Source of the DNA: Candidatus Latescibacterota bacterium
Lineage (GTDB): Bacteria > Latescibacterota > UBA2968 > UBA8231
Length of the DNA: 64,000 nt
Direction: 5' to 3'
NCBI GenBank assembly: GCA_965205655.1
Contig: CBDBIJ010000022.1
Coordinates: 64,001 to 128,000, forward strand
Shown: piece by piece, positions 40,131 through 50,918 of the stretch
Layout: every line of letters starts with the position of its first letter
Position numbering within the stretch: position 1 is the stretch's first letter
Notes under the pieces: model-generated
The model's input: the letters and a program-made list of their open reading frames with translations, nothing else
Database searches by the model: none
Told to the model about the DNA's origin: nothing
Program-made: the position numbers and the translations under genes

Positions 40131-41559
40131 TGGTCAAGGCCCAGTTTCAGTTGAAACAAATCACAGGCTCGGGTGAGTGTGTCAGCCCATCATCGCGAGC
40201 TGTTTGATGCCGAGTTCGGCTTGTATGGCTTGCCGGAGCATCGGCAGATGGCGATAGCCCTTGACCCTGCGCAGACGTGGTTCGATGTCGAGCAGTGCCG
40301 TGGCTACCCAACGGTGACGCTGTGATGAGTTGGTCCAGCGTCGCACGTTGTGTGTGAGCTGCTCCAGGAGACTGTTGACGTTCTCGATGCAGTTGGTGGT
40401 GCGGAAGGAATCCTTGAGCATCGGCGTCAGTCCCAACCGATGGAGTGTGAGGGTCTCTTCCATGCCTTCCTCGAGGCTGTGTAGGGCGGACTGATTCATC
40501 AACTTCAAGCCCGGTTTGAGCGCGTCCAGTGCCGCCTTGGCCGCCTCGTATCTCGGTTTGCCGTAGGCCGCCTCCATCTTGCGACCCATACCGGACTGCT
40601 CGCTCTTGGACAGATACGACACGACGTTCTGGCGCTTGTGATACTGGCAGCGCTGCACGCAGGCATGTCCTTTGAGCACCGACATCACCGCCTTGTAAAG
40701 CCCCTTGGCGCCGTCGATGACGACCAACAGTCCGGCTTCGTACTGCATACCGCGTTCGACCAGATCGGACAGGAAGCGACGGCAGACGCGCTCGTTTTCC
40801 GTGGCCGCCTGCACGAAGCCAAGAGGGATCTTCTGTCCGTCGAGGGTGACGCCCAGGGCGATGATGATCTCCTCGTCCGCGAAGCTCTTGCCGTCGAGGA
40901 ATAGCGTCACCAGATCATATCCTTCCAGGGATCGCTCCTGGAATTCAGCCAGCTTTCGAGCCGTGCCTTTCACGTAACGACAGGACACCGATGAGGATGA
41001 CAGACCAAAGGCCTCGGGTACGGCCTCAGCGCAGGCCTCGTAGTTGCGCGTGGCGATGCCCTTCAGCATCCGCAACAGCAGACCTTCGTCCATCTGTCGA
41101 GGCGTCTGCAGTGCCTGGTAAACATCCAGCGGGACCTCGGTATGGTTGGCCACGTTGCGCACCCGCGGCACATCGACGGGTAGTTTCTGGTCGGCCAGGT
41201 ACACCGACCCGAGCTGAGACCCCCAGCGGCGTAACGGCTGATCCGACCCCTTGCGCTGATACCGCGGCCCAGCCAACTCAACGACCGCTCTTTGCAGCTC
41301 CTCCGCGACCGCCTGCAGCCCCAAGGGAATCAGCCATTGGATCGCCTCGATCCGGCCATCCAGGTCCTCTACTTGCTCTGCAGTCTCGGGTGCTACCTTG
41401 CCGATGCTCACCGTTCGTTTGACGCCCTTCTTCCGTGCTACCAGCTTGCTCATTGCAGGCTCCCCATCGTTACCGATGCGAGACTTCTTCCAACGGGCTT
41501 CTCGTATCAAAACGTAACGATTGGAGCCTGTGCTGTTTCAACTAAGATCGGGACAAAGC
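40131..41559 (-). mobile_element. IS256-family insertion sequence
   Basis: 9-bp direct repeat GCTCGTCTC at 40122-40130 and 41560-41568. Ends share AGTTGAAACA..CACAGGCTC in inverted orientation. Confidence 0.92.
40182..41453 (-). CDS. IS256 transposase (intact frame)
   Basis: FLDG, VIDG, QRCQYH, FRTTNCIE DDE motifs. Confidence 0.93.
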   Translation of the reverse strand: MSKLVARKKGVKRTVSIGKVAPETAEQVEDLDGRIEAIQWLIPLGLQAVAEELQRAVVELAGPRYQRKGSDQPLRRWGSQLGSVYLADQKLPVDVPRVRNVANHTEVPLDVYQALQTPRQMDEGLLLRMLKGIATRNYEACAEAVPEAFGLSSSSVSCRYVKGTARKLAEFQERSLEGYDLVTLFLDGKSFADEEIIIALGVTLDGQKIPLGFVQAATENERVCRRFLSDLVERGMQYEAGLLVVIDGAKGLYKAVMSVLKGHACVQRCQYHKRQNVVSYLSKSEQSGMGRKMEAAYGKPRYEAAKAALDALKPGLKLMNQSALHSLEEGMEETLTLHRLGLTPMLKDSFRTTNCIENVNSLLEQLTHNVRRWTNSSQRHRWVATALLDIEPRLRRVKGYRHLPMLRQAIQAELGIKQLAMMG

Positions 41560-42727
41560 GCTCGTCTCGGGATCGCAGATAAAAACACTGGGGACGCTGG
41601 CCGCCATAAAGGGATAGTGATCAGCGGAAAGGTGCTCGGGCTCCCGCAGGGGTGAGGTATCCCGGTCGACGAAGAGATTCTCGTTCATCTCGTCGCACAG
41701 GGCGCGGAAGTAGTCAGTCGTGTCCGGGCCGTAAACCTTCAGCCCGAACAGAGCGTTGCTGCCGGATGCGTCCAGGTTGAGCATCAACCGGGTGTTGGCG
41801 ATGTCCTCGACATGACCGTTTACGTAGGCGTGGGCGCCGATCAGTCCGAGCTCCTCGACACCGAAGAGCACGAAACGCACGGTGCGCTCGAGCCGGTCGG
41901 CGAGCCGGGGCAGAACCCTGGCGGTTTCGAGGGCCGCGACCAGCCCTGAGGTCGGGTCTGCCGCACCCTGTCCGATGTCGTGGCCATCGTAGTGGTTGCC
42001 GATGATGATCAGCTCGTTACCGCCGGGTGATGACGGTGTCACGTCACCGATGATGTTCCACGACGGCTTTCTCGACTGCACGTCGGTGGTTTCGACTTCT
42101 GCTTCGACCGACCCCCTCCGGCGGGCCAGTCGTCGCAACAGAAGTCCCGTCTCCCTGGAAACCATCACTCCGGGGATCAGGCCCCACGTGTCAAAACCAA
42201 GTGCCCCTGTCAACGGACCAACGCCTTCCGTGTCTCCCATAAAAATGAACGCTTTGGCCCCGGCGAGAATTGCGCGGTTGTACTTTTCCGTTCGGTGAAT
42301 CCAGCGTTTTGCCGAGGTTGGATTGACGTTGGTCACCAGGGCGATATTGCCCTCGAGCTCGGTTTTCATGGCATCGAAGGTTTCGGGAGCGCCAGGTCCG
42401 AGATCGACGATCCGTCCGCGCACGCAACCAGCAGGCGACATCGGCATGGATAGACAGTCCAGCTCCGCCGGCCGGTCCGACGTCACCGCAAGTCTGGCGC
42501 CTCCCCGCGTCCAGCCGTGGTACTCGAACGCCTCGTTGTGAACGTTGTCGAGCCCGTATTCCCGGAGTTTGCTCTCCAGGAACCGCGCCGCTTCCTCTTC
42601 TTGAGGAGTGCCGGCGAAGCGACTACCCATCTCATCGCAGAGAATATCGAAATTCGTCCACAGTTCACTCGAGGTGAATATGTGGCCGGCGAGCATCCGA
42701 TCCAGAGGGTTTGCGTCCGCCATACCG

Positions 42728-42853
42728 TCACGTGCTGTGATGAGCTTGGCGCCAGCCAGCGTTGTCGCTGCCTCGGGTGTTGGCGGGGATCTGGCTGCGC
42801 CCGCAGATCTCCAAAACCTTGAGACCTGTGGACCCGAGGTTCACGTATTCCAT
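42728..42853 (-). pseudogene. Collapsed aldo/keto reductase remnant
   Basis: GGAGG RBS, then MEYVNLGSTGLKV (compare MDYVNFGSAGLKV at 58915). Only 41 aa to the stop. Confidence 0.7.
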
Positions 42854-42951
42854 GATTGTCCCATTCCTCCGCGCTGATGCGCGATCAGTATGGTGAGACA
42901 GCGGTGCCCTGTCGAGGTGGTGTTTTGGGACTTCGCGCCATCTCGGCCCTA

Positions 42952-43680
42952 TTAGTGACCAAGAGACGTTCCGAGTTGCTCGGCCCAATGCCGGCAGGTC
43001 CGCGCGATTTCTTCGAACACCTGTTGTTGCGTCCGGCCGGATCGCTTGGGGACACGGTAACCGTGATCGGCGTCCTCGAGCCAGTGCATGGTAAAAGTAT
43101 CCGGCAACCGCCCGACGACTTCGTCCATCAGGTCCCTGCGGCACAGATTGTCGCGGGTACCGTTGAGACAGAGAGTGGGTAGCGATATTCCGGGGAGATG
43201 TGCATCGCGCAGGCGCTCGGGTTTACCCGCGGGGTGCAGCGGGTAAGCCAGCAGTATCAGTCCTTCGCAAGCCTGCCCGGCTGCGGCGAGCATAGACGCC
43301 GTTCGGCCACCCATCGATTGTCCACCGATCAGGAGGCGTTGCGGTTGCACGCTGGACCGTACGTGGTCGATGATGGAACGGTAGCACGCCATCAACCTCG
43401 GCATGCGGTCCGGGGCCCGCTTGCCTCGATGGGTGTAGTAGAAGTTGAAGCGGACAACATCGATGCCGGCTGCCGCGAACTCGCGGGCGAAAGCCGATAT
43501 CGTCACGTGCTCCATGTTGCCTCCGGCTCCGTGGGCCATCACGTAGACGAAGCCAAGGGGTGTAGCCGCCCGGTCGAGAATCGCCGTCGTCTCCTCGCCA
43601 TCGGCCCCGACGACGCGCCAGGTTTCCGTCTCCTGGGTCCCTGTTTGAGTCATACCGTTTTTGCCGTCATGCCAGCTCAT
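42952..43680 (-). CDS. Alpha/beta hydrolase family protein
   Basis: AHGAGG, GGQSMGGR nucleophile elbow, YPLHP, GTRD, ADH. Confidence 0.88.
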   Translation of the reverse strand: MSWHDGKNGMTQTGTQETETWRVVGADGEETTAILDRAATPLGFVYVMAHGAGGNMEHVTISAFAREFAAAGIDVVRFNFYYTHRGKRAPDRMPRLMACYRSIIDHVRSSVQPQRLLIGGQSMGGRTASMLAAAGQACEGLILLAYPLHPAGKPERLRDAHLPGISLPTLCLNGTRDNLCRRDLMDEVVGRLPDTFTMHWLEDADHGYRVPKRSGRTQQQVFEEIARTCRHWAEQLGTSLGH

Positions 43681-44059
43681 TCCGTCTCCTGCCTGCCCTC
43701 GCCGAGCAGTTGCGTCTCGCCATGAGCCAGTAGGCCAGACCGTTTCCCACCAGGACCGCCACACCCAGACCGATCTGAATTCCCCGTGTCAGACCGGTGG
43801 GGTAGAGTATCGGGAAGATGTAGTTGGCGACGAAATCGCCCGAGTACGCAGTTTCGCCGGCCAGCAGGCGATAGTTTCTCTCCAGTGAGGTGAGGGGGCA
43901 GTACCAGCCAACAGTTTCCACGAGAGCCGCCCACAGCACCGCAGGGACGTGGAGCCAGGCGATCCGGGGCCAGCGCGTGACTGCCACCGCGCCAAGGACC
44001 ACAAACAGGACGAACGCGAGGTGAAGGAAGGCGCTGGCGTCCGCGATGAGTCCGAACAT
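43667..44059 (-). CDS. DUF2784 family membrane protein
   Basis: LHLAFVLFVVLG, WLHVP, CPLTSLE, YSGDFV. Confidence 0.85.
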   Translation of the reverse strand: MFGLIADASAFLHLAFVLFVVLGAVAVTRWPRIAWLHVPAVLWAALVETVGWYCPLTSLERNYRLLAGETAYSGDFVANYIFPILYPTGLTRGIQIGLGVAVLVGNGLAYWLMARRNCSARAGRRRNELA

Positions 44060-44453
44060 CACTGCGCTGAGATGACCGCTACGGCCTCGATCTCGATCAT
44101 CCAATCCGAATCTATCAGCCGCGCCACCTGCACCATCGTAAAGGCTGGGTAGGGCGGTTCGAAGAACTGCGCCCTCACCTTGTGGATCCTGTCGATGTGC
44201 GACACGTCGGTGACGAAAACGGTCACTTTGGCTATGTCCGCCATTGTGCCGCCGACACTTTCGAGTACTTTCTGGATGTTCACGATATCTGTCGCGTCTG
44301 CGCTTCGATGTCCCCTTTTCCCACCGTGTTGCCGTCCGCATCCTGGGACACATGACCCGAAACATGGAGAACGCGACCCTCCGGCTGCCACGCGGCGGTG
44401 GAGAAAATCCCGAATGGCTTTACGACTCCTGCTGGGTTGAATCCGTGAGCCAT
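44059..44453 (-). CDS. RidA/YjgF family protein (frameshift near 44287)
   Basis: MAHGFNP...LHVSGHV...GDIEAQTRQI continues in another frame to NIQKVL...KVTVFVTD...PAFTMVQV...IEIEAVA. Confidence 0.85.
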
Positions 44454-44493
44454 GAATGAACCTTTCCCTCACAGTTGAATTGTGGCAAAGAAG

Positions 44494-45453
44494 ATGAACC
44501 AATTCCCAGGAAAGAGAATGGTCACGACCGCTTCTATCGGCCCCGAGGCGACGGACGTCCTGGAGCGCCTTGTCCCCCTCGAAGTGGCCTCCTCCCCCGA
44601 TGAGGAGACCATGATGTCTCTGCTGGACGATACGATCGGGATCGTATGCCGGGGCGAGGGGAAAGTGACGGCGAGGATGATCGAGGCCGCCACGGACCTG
44701 CGCGTCATAGGGCGACCTGGAGTCGGCTACGATTCCGTCGACCTGGAGGCCGCCAGCGCTCGCAAGATACCCCTCGTCTATGCCCCGGTGGGCGGCTTCG
44801 CCGTTGCCGAGGGGGCGCTCGCCATCCTTCTCGCCCTTGTCAAGCAGCTGCCCCGTGATGACCGCATCGTCCGCAGCGGTCAGTGGAACGAGCGTTACGA
44901 CTTTCTCACCGGCGATCTGACCACCCACACGCTGGGGATCATCGGTCTCGGCAGGATCGGCGCCCACCTCGCCAGGCTGGCGCAACCCTTCGACATGCAC
45001 ATTCTCGGGTACGATCCCTTTATCGACGACCTGCCCGGCGTCGAAACAGTGGAACTCGACGAGCTCCTCTCCCGAAGCGACTACATCTCCGTGCACGTGC
45101 CACTCAGCGAGGAAACCCGCGGTCTCATCGATCGGGATCGGATTTCCCGCATGAAGCCAGGTGCCATCTTCATCAACACATCGCGCGGTGGAATCATAGA
45201 AAGCCTCGATGTCCTCGCGGATGCACTGGACAGCGGCCAGCTCAGTGCCGTCGGCCTCGATGTGTTCCCCACCGAGCCCCCGGATACGAGCCATCGCATC
45301 TTTCGCGATCCGCGCTGCCTCTTTTCCCCGCACAACGTCGGCACCAGCGAGCTCGCCATGGCCCGCATCTACAGCTCTATGGCCACCAGCATGGTGAACG
45401 TCCTCACCGGGAAGGCGCCGGAGTACTGCGTCAACCCTCACGTGCTCGAGTGA
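44494..45453 (+). CDS. D-isomer 2-hydroxyacid dehydrogenase (phosphoglycerate dehydrogenase-like)
   Basis: GVGYD, AVAE, GIIGLGRIG, INTSRG, LDVFPTEP, SPHNVG. Start uncertain (44482/44494/44518). Confidence 0.9.
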   Translation: MNQFPGKRMVTTASIGPEATDVLERLVPLEVASSPDEETMMSLLDDTIGIVCRGEGKVTARMIEAATDLRVIGRPGVGYDSVDLEAASARKIPLVYAPVGGFAVAEGALAILLALVKQLPRDDRIVRSGQWNERYDFLTGDLTTHTLGIIGLGRIGAHLARLAQPFDMHILGYDPFIDDLPGVETVELDELLSRSDYISVHVPLSEETRGLIDRDRISRMKPGAIFINTSRGGIIESLDVLADALDSGQLSAVGLDVFPTEPPDTSHRIFRDPRCLFSPHNVGTSELAMARIYSSMATSMVNVLTGKAPEYCVNPHVLE

Positions 45454-45463
45454 GCCGGCCGCT

Positions 45464-46489
45464 CTAGCCCCCTCCCACCTCCACCACCAGTACCCACATC
45501 GGAGCCTTACCCACCTCGTAGACCACCCGGTCTGTCAGCTCTCCGCTGTCTTGATCGATGGTGTACACCGACATCTTGCCGCTCTGGGCGCCGGCGGCGA
45601 AAAAGAACTTTCCCTGCGGGTCCACCTCGATCCCTCTGACGTGATCCTCGGTGGGCACCCGGCCGACGAGCGACAGCTCTCCGGAGCCCTCGTCTATGTT
45701 GAAGCAGGCGACGCTGTCATGCCCTCGATTCGGGGCGTAAAGGAATTTCCCCGTCGGATGCACTCGAAGCTGGGACGTCGTGTTCTCGCTCCTGTCGAAG
45801 CCATCGGGCAGCGTCGAAATTGTCTGAAAGGCGGACACCGTCCCCGATTCGCTGACGTTGTAAGCCGAGATGCTGTTGCCCTGCTCATCGGTCGTGTACA
45901 TCACCTCCATATTCGGATGAAAACGAATGTGACGCGGACCCAGCCTTTCTGATGGGACCACCTTTGGTGGCGTGTTTGGTGTGATCTCACCCGTGTCCCC
46001 GTCGTACTTGAACTGATAGAGGGCATTCGAATTAATGCAGTTCGGCACGTAAGCGAATCTGTTCGACGGGTGCACCTCCACCGAGTGAGCCCCGGGTTCC
46101 GTTCTCACCGTGCACACGGCGGGCTCTGCCAGCGCGCCGTCGTCGCCGACGCGATAGCTACTCGCCCTCCCCCCACCATTGCTTGAGGTGAGCACAAATT
46201 TGCCGGATCCGTCCACGGTTACGTAGACGCCGTCCGATTCTTCATCGATCGTGCCCAGGTGCGTCAGCGAGCCCGTCGCCTTGTCGACGGCCAAACTCGC
46301 GAGCTTGCTGATGCGACGACGCACGGCGTACAGAAATTTATTGCCGGGAGCCACCGCCAATCCCGACGGTCCCCCCTCCAGCGGCATGTCCTCCTGTTTG
46401 TCCAGTGCGCCCGTGTCGGCGTTCATCCTGAAGATGCTAATCTTGTCTTCGCCGTTGATGCTGACGTACACGTAGTAGGCCATCGTCAT
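45464..46489 (-). CDS. 6-phosphogluconolactonase-like lactonase (7-bladed propeller)
   Basis: GAHSV, GPRHIRFHP, FQTISTLP, HPTGKFLYAPNRGHDS. Confidence 0.88.
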   Translation of the reverse strand: MTMAYYVYVSINGEDKISIFRMNADTGALDKQEDMPLEGGPSGLAVAPGNKFLYAVRRRISKLASLAVDKATGSLTHLGTIDEESDGVYVTVDGSGKFVLTSSNGGGRASSYRVGDDGALAEPAVCTVRTEPGAHSVEVHPSNRFAYVPNCINSNALYQFKYDGDTGEITPNTPPKVVPSERLGPRHIRFHPNMEVMYTTDEQGNSISAYNVSESGTVSAFQTISTLPDGFDRSENTTSQLRVHPTGKFLYAPNRGHDSVACFNIDEGSGELSLVGRVPTEDHVRGIEVDPQGKFFFAAGAQSGKMSVYTIDQDSGELTDRVVYEVGKAPMWVLVVEVGGG

Positions 46490-46567
46490 CCCTTTCCTAT
46501 TGAGCCGTCGGCTGTTTGCTGGCAAAAGCTACGCAATTTCTACTACTTTCCGGAATAGAGACTGCGA

Positions 46568-47605
46568 ATGCTATCCCTCCCCTTCTTAGTGCGCCGGCCG
46601 TGGATGATGCTAAGCCAGTGGCTGACCGATCGCGACCGGCCGGACCTCGACAAGCTGCGAGGAATGGTAGATCCGGAGCGTTTTCTCTGGGCCATCCTGC
46701 CGCATGCGGCGCGCACCTTCGCCTCCTGCATTTCTCTGCTACCGTTGCACAAGGCTCGCGCCGCCGCCGTCGGCTACCTCTACTGCCGCAGCCTCGACAC
46801 CTACGAAGATCTCGCGCCCGAGCCGGCGCCGCTCCTCGACGCCTTCGGACATCGCTTCGGCGAGCCCCCGCTGCCGGCCGCCCCACCGATCGTAAACCCC
46901 AGGGTACAGGACGCCAGGGATGGCGTCCATCTGTTGCTGCTCGAATGCCTGGATCGCGTGGATGCGGTCTATGGACGGTTGTCAGACGCGCACAGGCTCT
47001 CGATCGCGGGCTGCGTCCGCGAGATGGCGGCCGGAATGTGTCGACGACGCAGTGATGGATCCGGTAACGTTCTCGCTTACTGCCGCGCCGTGATCGGCTA
47101 TCCCGTCGTCTTCGCGCTTGAGCTGCTACTCGAGCGCCAACTCGATTCCCAGGAGCGCGAGACCGCTATGCAGGTGAGCGAGATGGTCCAGCTCGCTAAC
47201 ATAACGCGCGATATCGAAAAGGACCTGGATCGCGGTGTCACTTACGATTCGCGCCTGGTCGACGCACCCGACGTGACAACCATCCACGCCGTGCGGGAGG
47301 ATATGATGCGTCTTGCCCTCAACAGGGCACCGGCCTATCGGCGCCTCATGGAGATGCTGGAGCACCCCCGGCTTCAGCTCGGACGCGCATCGGCGCTTCT
47401 CATGCTGCTCTATACCAGCCGCTACTACGACGAATGCGCCCGCCGGCTCGGCTACGAGGGATGGGCAGCGACTCGCTCGACGACGGACCTCTTCGTTCGC
47501 GTCTTTCCCGCGTCCTTTTCACACCGCTACGCCATGAAAACAGCGCATCACGTCGAACATGACCTCATCTCGTTCGAGTCGAGGCCGCGACTTTCTCGGC
47601 ATTGA
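46568..47605 (+). CDS. Squalene/phytoene synthase family (squalene synthase-like)
   Basis: ARTFA, YLYCRSLDTYED, MAAGM, YCRAV, QLANITRDIEKD. Confidence 0.8.
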   Translation: MLSLPFLVRRPWMMLSQWLTDRDRPDLDKLRGMVDPERFLWAILPHAARTFASCISLLPLHKARAAAVGYLYCRSLDTYEDLAPEPAPLLDAFGHRFGEPPLPAAPPIVNPRVQDARDGVHLLLLECLDRVDAVYGRLSDAHRLSIAGCVREMAAGMCRRRSDGSGNVLAYCRAVIGYPVVFALELLLERQLDSQERETAMQVSEMVQLANITRDIEKDLDRGVTYDSRLVDAPDVTTIHAVREDMMRLALNRAPAYRRLMEMLEHPRLQLGRASALLMLLYTSRYYDECARRLGYEGWAATRSTTDLFVRVFPASFSHRYAMKTAHHVEHDLISFESRPRLSRH

Positions 47606-47626
47606 GTCCTCGCATCGGCCTCCGGC

Positions 47627-48170
47627 TCAATCTTCGACTCGGCTGTTGGCCAGATCGATCGACGCTTGCAGCTCCGCCTCCAATGCTCCGTCAAGCTCGA
47701 CGGCCCTCTTCAAGTGGCTGATGGCTCGCGAGTATTCGCCGAGCTTGTGCAGTGATACGACCCCCGCATCCCTGTGTGCCGATGGTTGCGTCGGGTCGAG
47801 CTTCAGCGACTCTTCCCACGATTTCACCGCCGCCTCGTAGTCTCCGTCGTCAAAGCTGGCCTTGGCAAGCACGTTGTGCGCCGCCGATGTAGGTTCGATC
47901 TGGAGAGAGAGCCTGCACACCTGTACGGCGTGCTGCTGGAGCCCCTTGTTGAACAGCTTCGAAACGACCACGAGGTAGGCCCTGGCCATCTCAAAGCGCT
48001 GCCTGGATGACGGTGTACTCGTCGGGATGGAAATGGTAGAAGCTCTAAGGCACTGCCGTGCCCGGCGGCACGTCACCCCTCGACAGCCCTTCCAAACGCA
48101 GCCAGCCGGCGAGGAGCAGAATGCACGCCGAGATGACGAGTGTTGGAGCGGGGATTGACTTCGTCCTCAC
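47627..48170 (-). pseudogene. Collapsed GT-C (GT39/ArnT-like) glycosyltransferase-TPR gene remnant
   Basis: Hand translation from GTG 48170: ...CILLLAGWLRLEGLSRG...P*SFYHFHPDEYTVIQAAL. It joins, in another frame, TPR helices (AHNVLA...DYEAAVKSWEESLKLDP...AISHLKRAVELD). Confidence 0.6.
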
Positions 48171-48206
48171 AGCGGCGGCCTCACGATCTGTATCGGCTCG
48201 CCGCCA

Positions 48207-49688
48207 TCAGCGAACATCGCGCCAGTCGTCGATGTCGTCGAATGGGAACATCGGCCGCGGGATGCGCTCGAACGGCAGTTGGCTCAGGTCGGCTCGACAG
48301 CATCCGGGACTGTCGACGGATATGACGGCCTTGGAGATCGGTTCGTACTCCATCCGCAGCGCCAGCGGCGATTTTGCGAGCACCAGCTTCATGTCGCGCG
48401 GCTCGATGCCGTGGCTGCGATACAGCTCCGGGTCCGTCGTCGGCATCGTCCGTTCACCGATGAGCAGGTTGATGTTGTTGATCTCGAGCACGACAGCGCG
48501 GCCCATTTTAACGAGTCGACCGGTGTAGCAACGTCCCTTGTAGCGGAACTGGCCGTCTGAGATGAGCCTGACCCTTCCCGTGACCTTCACGGATTTGGCG
48601 AAAGTCGGGTTCAGCTTGCCGCCCACGGACAAAGTCACCGTGGCGCCGATACCGGCCTCGATCGCTTGTGCCACGGCCTTCGGATCGACGACGACGGCAG
48701 CCGTGGGAACGTGGTCGAGTCCTTCGTCGAGAATGGCTTGAAGGATCCATGTGCTGTCGCCGGGGGATCCTCCCATCGTTCCGTCGGCGCCTTCACCGAG
48801 CGTCACCGGGCCGCCGTCGATCGCCATCGCCCGCTCGAGGGCCTCTGCCACGCCGGGCACTTCGGCCGCGAAATCGATGCGGTGCGACCACAGCTGATCC
48901 GACAGTTCAGTCGCCAGCCTCTCCGCAAGGGAGCGGTCGCCATTGGCGATGACGACCGTCGACTAACCGAGCTCTTCCACATCCAGCCACGGCTGCACCG
49001 GAAAAAACGAGACCGAGGCCACACCGGGGCGATCCTCCATTGAGCGGCTGAAGTCTAGCAGCTCTTTCAGGACACCGCGATCGCTGAGATGCTGCTCCGC
49101 CTGGGTCACCATCCTCAACTTGCGCATGACCATCGCCGGCCGCGCCCCACTGCCGAGCATGTCGAGAAGGAGCGCCGCCGCCCGCTGCCCGGTCTCGTAC
49201 AGATCGATGTGCGGACTCGTGCGGTAGCCCACCAGTGCGTCGGCGTTTGAGCACATGAGCGAGGTCAGGTTGGCGTGGAGGTCGAGGCTGGCTACAACTG
49301 GCGTGTTGGGCCCGACCATGTTCCTGACCTCGTGCAGCACCCGCCCGTCGGCGCTGTCGTCTCCCTCGGCCGCCCAGGCGCCGTGAAGCGCCAGCAGAAC
49401 CCCGTCGACGGATTCGGCCTGTCGGAGCTCTCGAAGAAACTCATCGAGCAGCGACTCGAATTCGTCTCGCACCATCCTCCCCGAGCTCACGGCCCATCCA
49501 CCGAGCAGGGGCACCACCTCGATCTGTGCGGCAGCCAGTGCGTCGAGGAAGCCCTGCACCTCTGTCTTCTCGCGCCGCGCCGCTGCGAGCAGTTCGGTGC
49601 CCGTTGCCAGCTGAAAGTGCTCGCGAAGGGTCAGCTGCGGCGAAAAAGTGTTTGTCTCCTGCAGCAGTGAGCCTACGGCTACGCGCAC
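48207..49688 (-). pseudogene. M81 metallopeptidase (MlrC-like) with an in-frame amber stop
   Basis: QETNTFSP, LHGA, DLHAN, YRTSPHID, PWLDV, GGSPGD, AKS. The two ORFs are in the same frame, separated by TAG at 48963-48965. Confidence 0.88.
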
Positions 49689-49802
49689 GGTTCACCGCCC
49701 GTGACAATTGCCATCTCGTCGTTTAGACTCCCCATTTATCACTCCCATCTCCCACCCAGGTCAGTCCGCTCAAGGCTCAGCCAGGGTTTATATGAGGTTC
49801 AT

Positions 49803-50918
49803 ATGAAGATCGAGAATATCAGGACATTCCTCGTCGACCGCTGCCTGCTCGTCCGCGTCTACACCGACGCCGGTCTCACCGGCAACGGCGAGGCGGGCCT
49901 TTGGGCTCACCACCGCATAGTCGAGACGGCCATCGACGAGCTCAGCAGCTACTTCGTCGGCAAGGATCCGCTTCGGATCGAGCACCACTATCAGGTCGTC
50001 TCACGCCAGTCCCACTTCACCGGCGCGGCCCTCAGCGCCGCCCTCAGCGCCATCGACATCGCGCTCTGGGACATCCTCGGAAAATCCGTCGGTCTGCCCG
50101 TCTACCAGCTCCTGGGCGGAAAGTGCCGCGACAAAATCAAAGTCTTTGCCGACATCGGCGGTGACTCCCTCGATACCGTAGCGGCCTCGGCAAAGCGGGC
50201 AGTCGCCGACGGCCACACCTCAATGCGCCTGGGCCCATTCGGTCCCGATTTCGAGAAACGGGAATCGGCTGCCGTCATTTCCAATGTCGTCGATATGGTC
50301 GCTACCGCTCGGGAAGCCGTCGGTGCCGACATCGACCTGGGCGTGGAGATTCACCGCAATCTCACGCCGGATGAAGCGATCACTCTCGCGGGCGAATTGA
50401 GACCCTACCGCCTCAAGTTCTACGAGGATCCGATCGTTCCCGAAAGCGTCGAGGCCCTCGAGTATGTCGCCCGTCATATCGACATACCGCTGGCGGTCGG
50501 CGAGCGCAGCTTCGACATCTACCAATTCAAGGAGCTCGTCGACAGAAAAGTCTGCAGCTTCATCCGTCCGGATCTGTCGCTCGCCGGAGGCTTTACTCAA
50601 GTCAAGAAGATCGCCGCGATCGCCGAGCCCGCGCTCGTGCAGCTCTTCCCTCACCTCATGGGCAGCGCCGTCAACGGCGCGGCGTTTGCCCACCTGGCGG
50701 CCGCGATTCCCAACTACGCCTTCATGGAGTCACAGCGCCGGGCTGGAATTCCCCCATCGATCGTCGACGAACCCTTCGTCGAAAAGGACGGCTACCGCGA
50801 AGTTCCCGATCGGCCCGGCATCGGCGTTGAAATCGATGAGGCGGCGTGTGCCGAGTTTCCTTATCGAGGCGTAGCGATCACCGGCTCCTTCCACGCCGAT
50901 GGGTCAGTCGCTCATTAA
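49803..50918 (+). CDS. Mandelate racemase/muconate lactonizing enzyme family (galactonate dehydratase-like)
   Basis: IDIALWDILGK, LLGGKCRD, VEIH, FYEDP, VGER, IRPD, RPGIG. Confidence 0.92.
   Translation: MKIENIRTFLVDRCLLVRVYTDAGLTGNGEAGLWAHHRIVETAIDELSSYFVGKDPLRIEHHYQVVSRQSHFTGAALSAALSAIDIALWDILGKSVGLPVYQLLGGKCRDKIKVFADIGGDSLDTVAASAKRAVADGHTSMRLGPFGPDFEKRESAAVISNVVDMVATAREAVGADIDLGVEIHRNLTPDEAITLAGELRPYRLKFYEDPIVPESVEALEYVARHIDIPLAVGERSFDIYQFKELVDRKVCSFIRPDLSLAGGFTQVKKIAAIAEPALVQLFPHLMGSAVNGAAFAHLAAAIPNYAFMESQRRAGIPPSIVDEPFVEKDGYREVPDRPGIGVEIDEAACAEFPYRGVAITGSFHADGSVAH

Larger units (their letters stand above)
39885..42723 (-). pseudogene. Peptidase M28 family (with PA domain), split by IS256
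   Basis: GSRFAGT, GNHYDGHD, GAADP, GVEELGLIG, LNLD, ADHYPF. Removing the IS restores DPETSLTRGFYHSAHDTADKV...NRT*. Confidence 0.9.

Noticed and set aside
29805..41559. Composite transposon bounded by the two IS256 elements
   Set aside because: The two elements have different ends and divergent transposases, and the second has its own target duplication inside the M28 gene.
48963..48965. In-frame TAG in the MlrC-like gene as pyrrolysine or readthrough
   Set aside because: The context ELG*STV fits a TGG>TAG nonsense change. There are no pyl genes in the window, and TAG ends many normal genes here.
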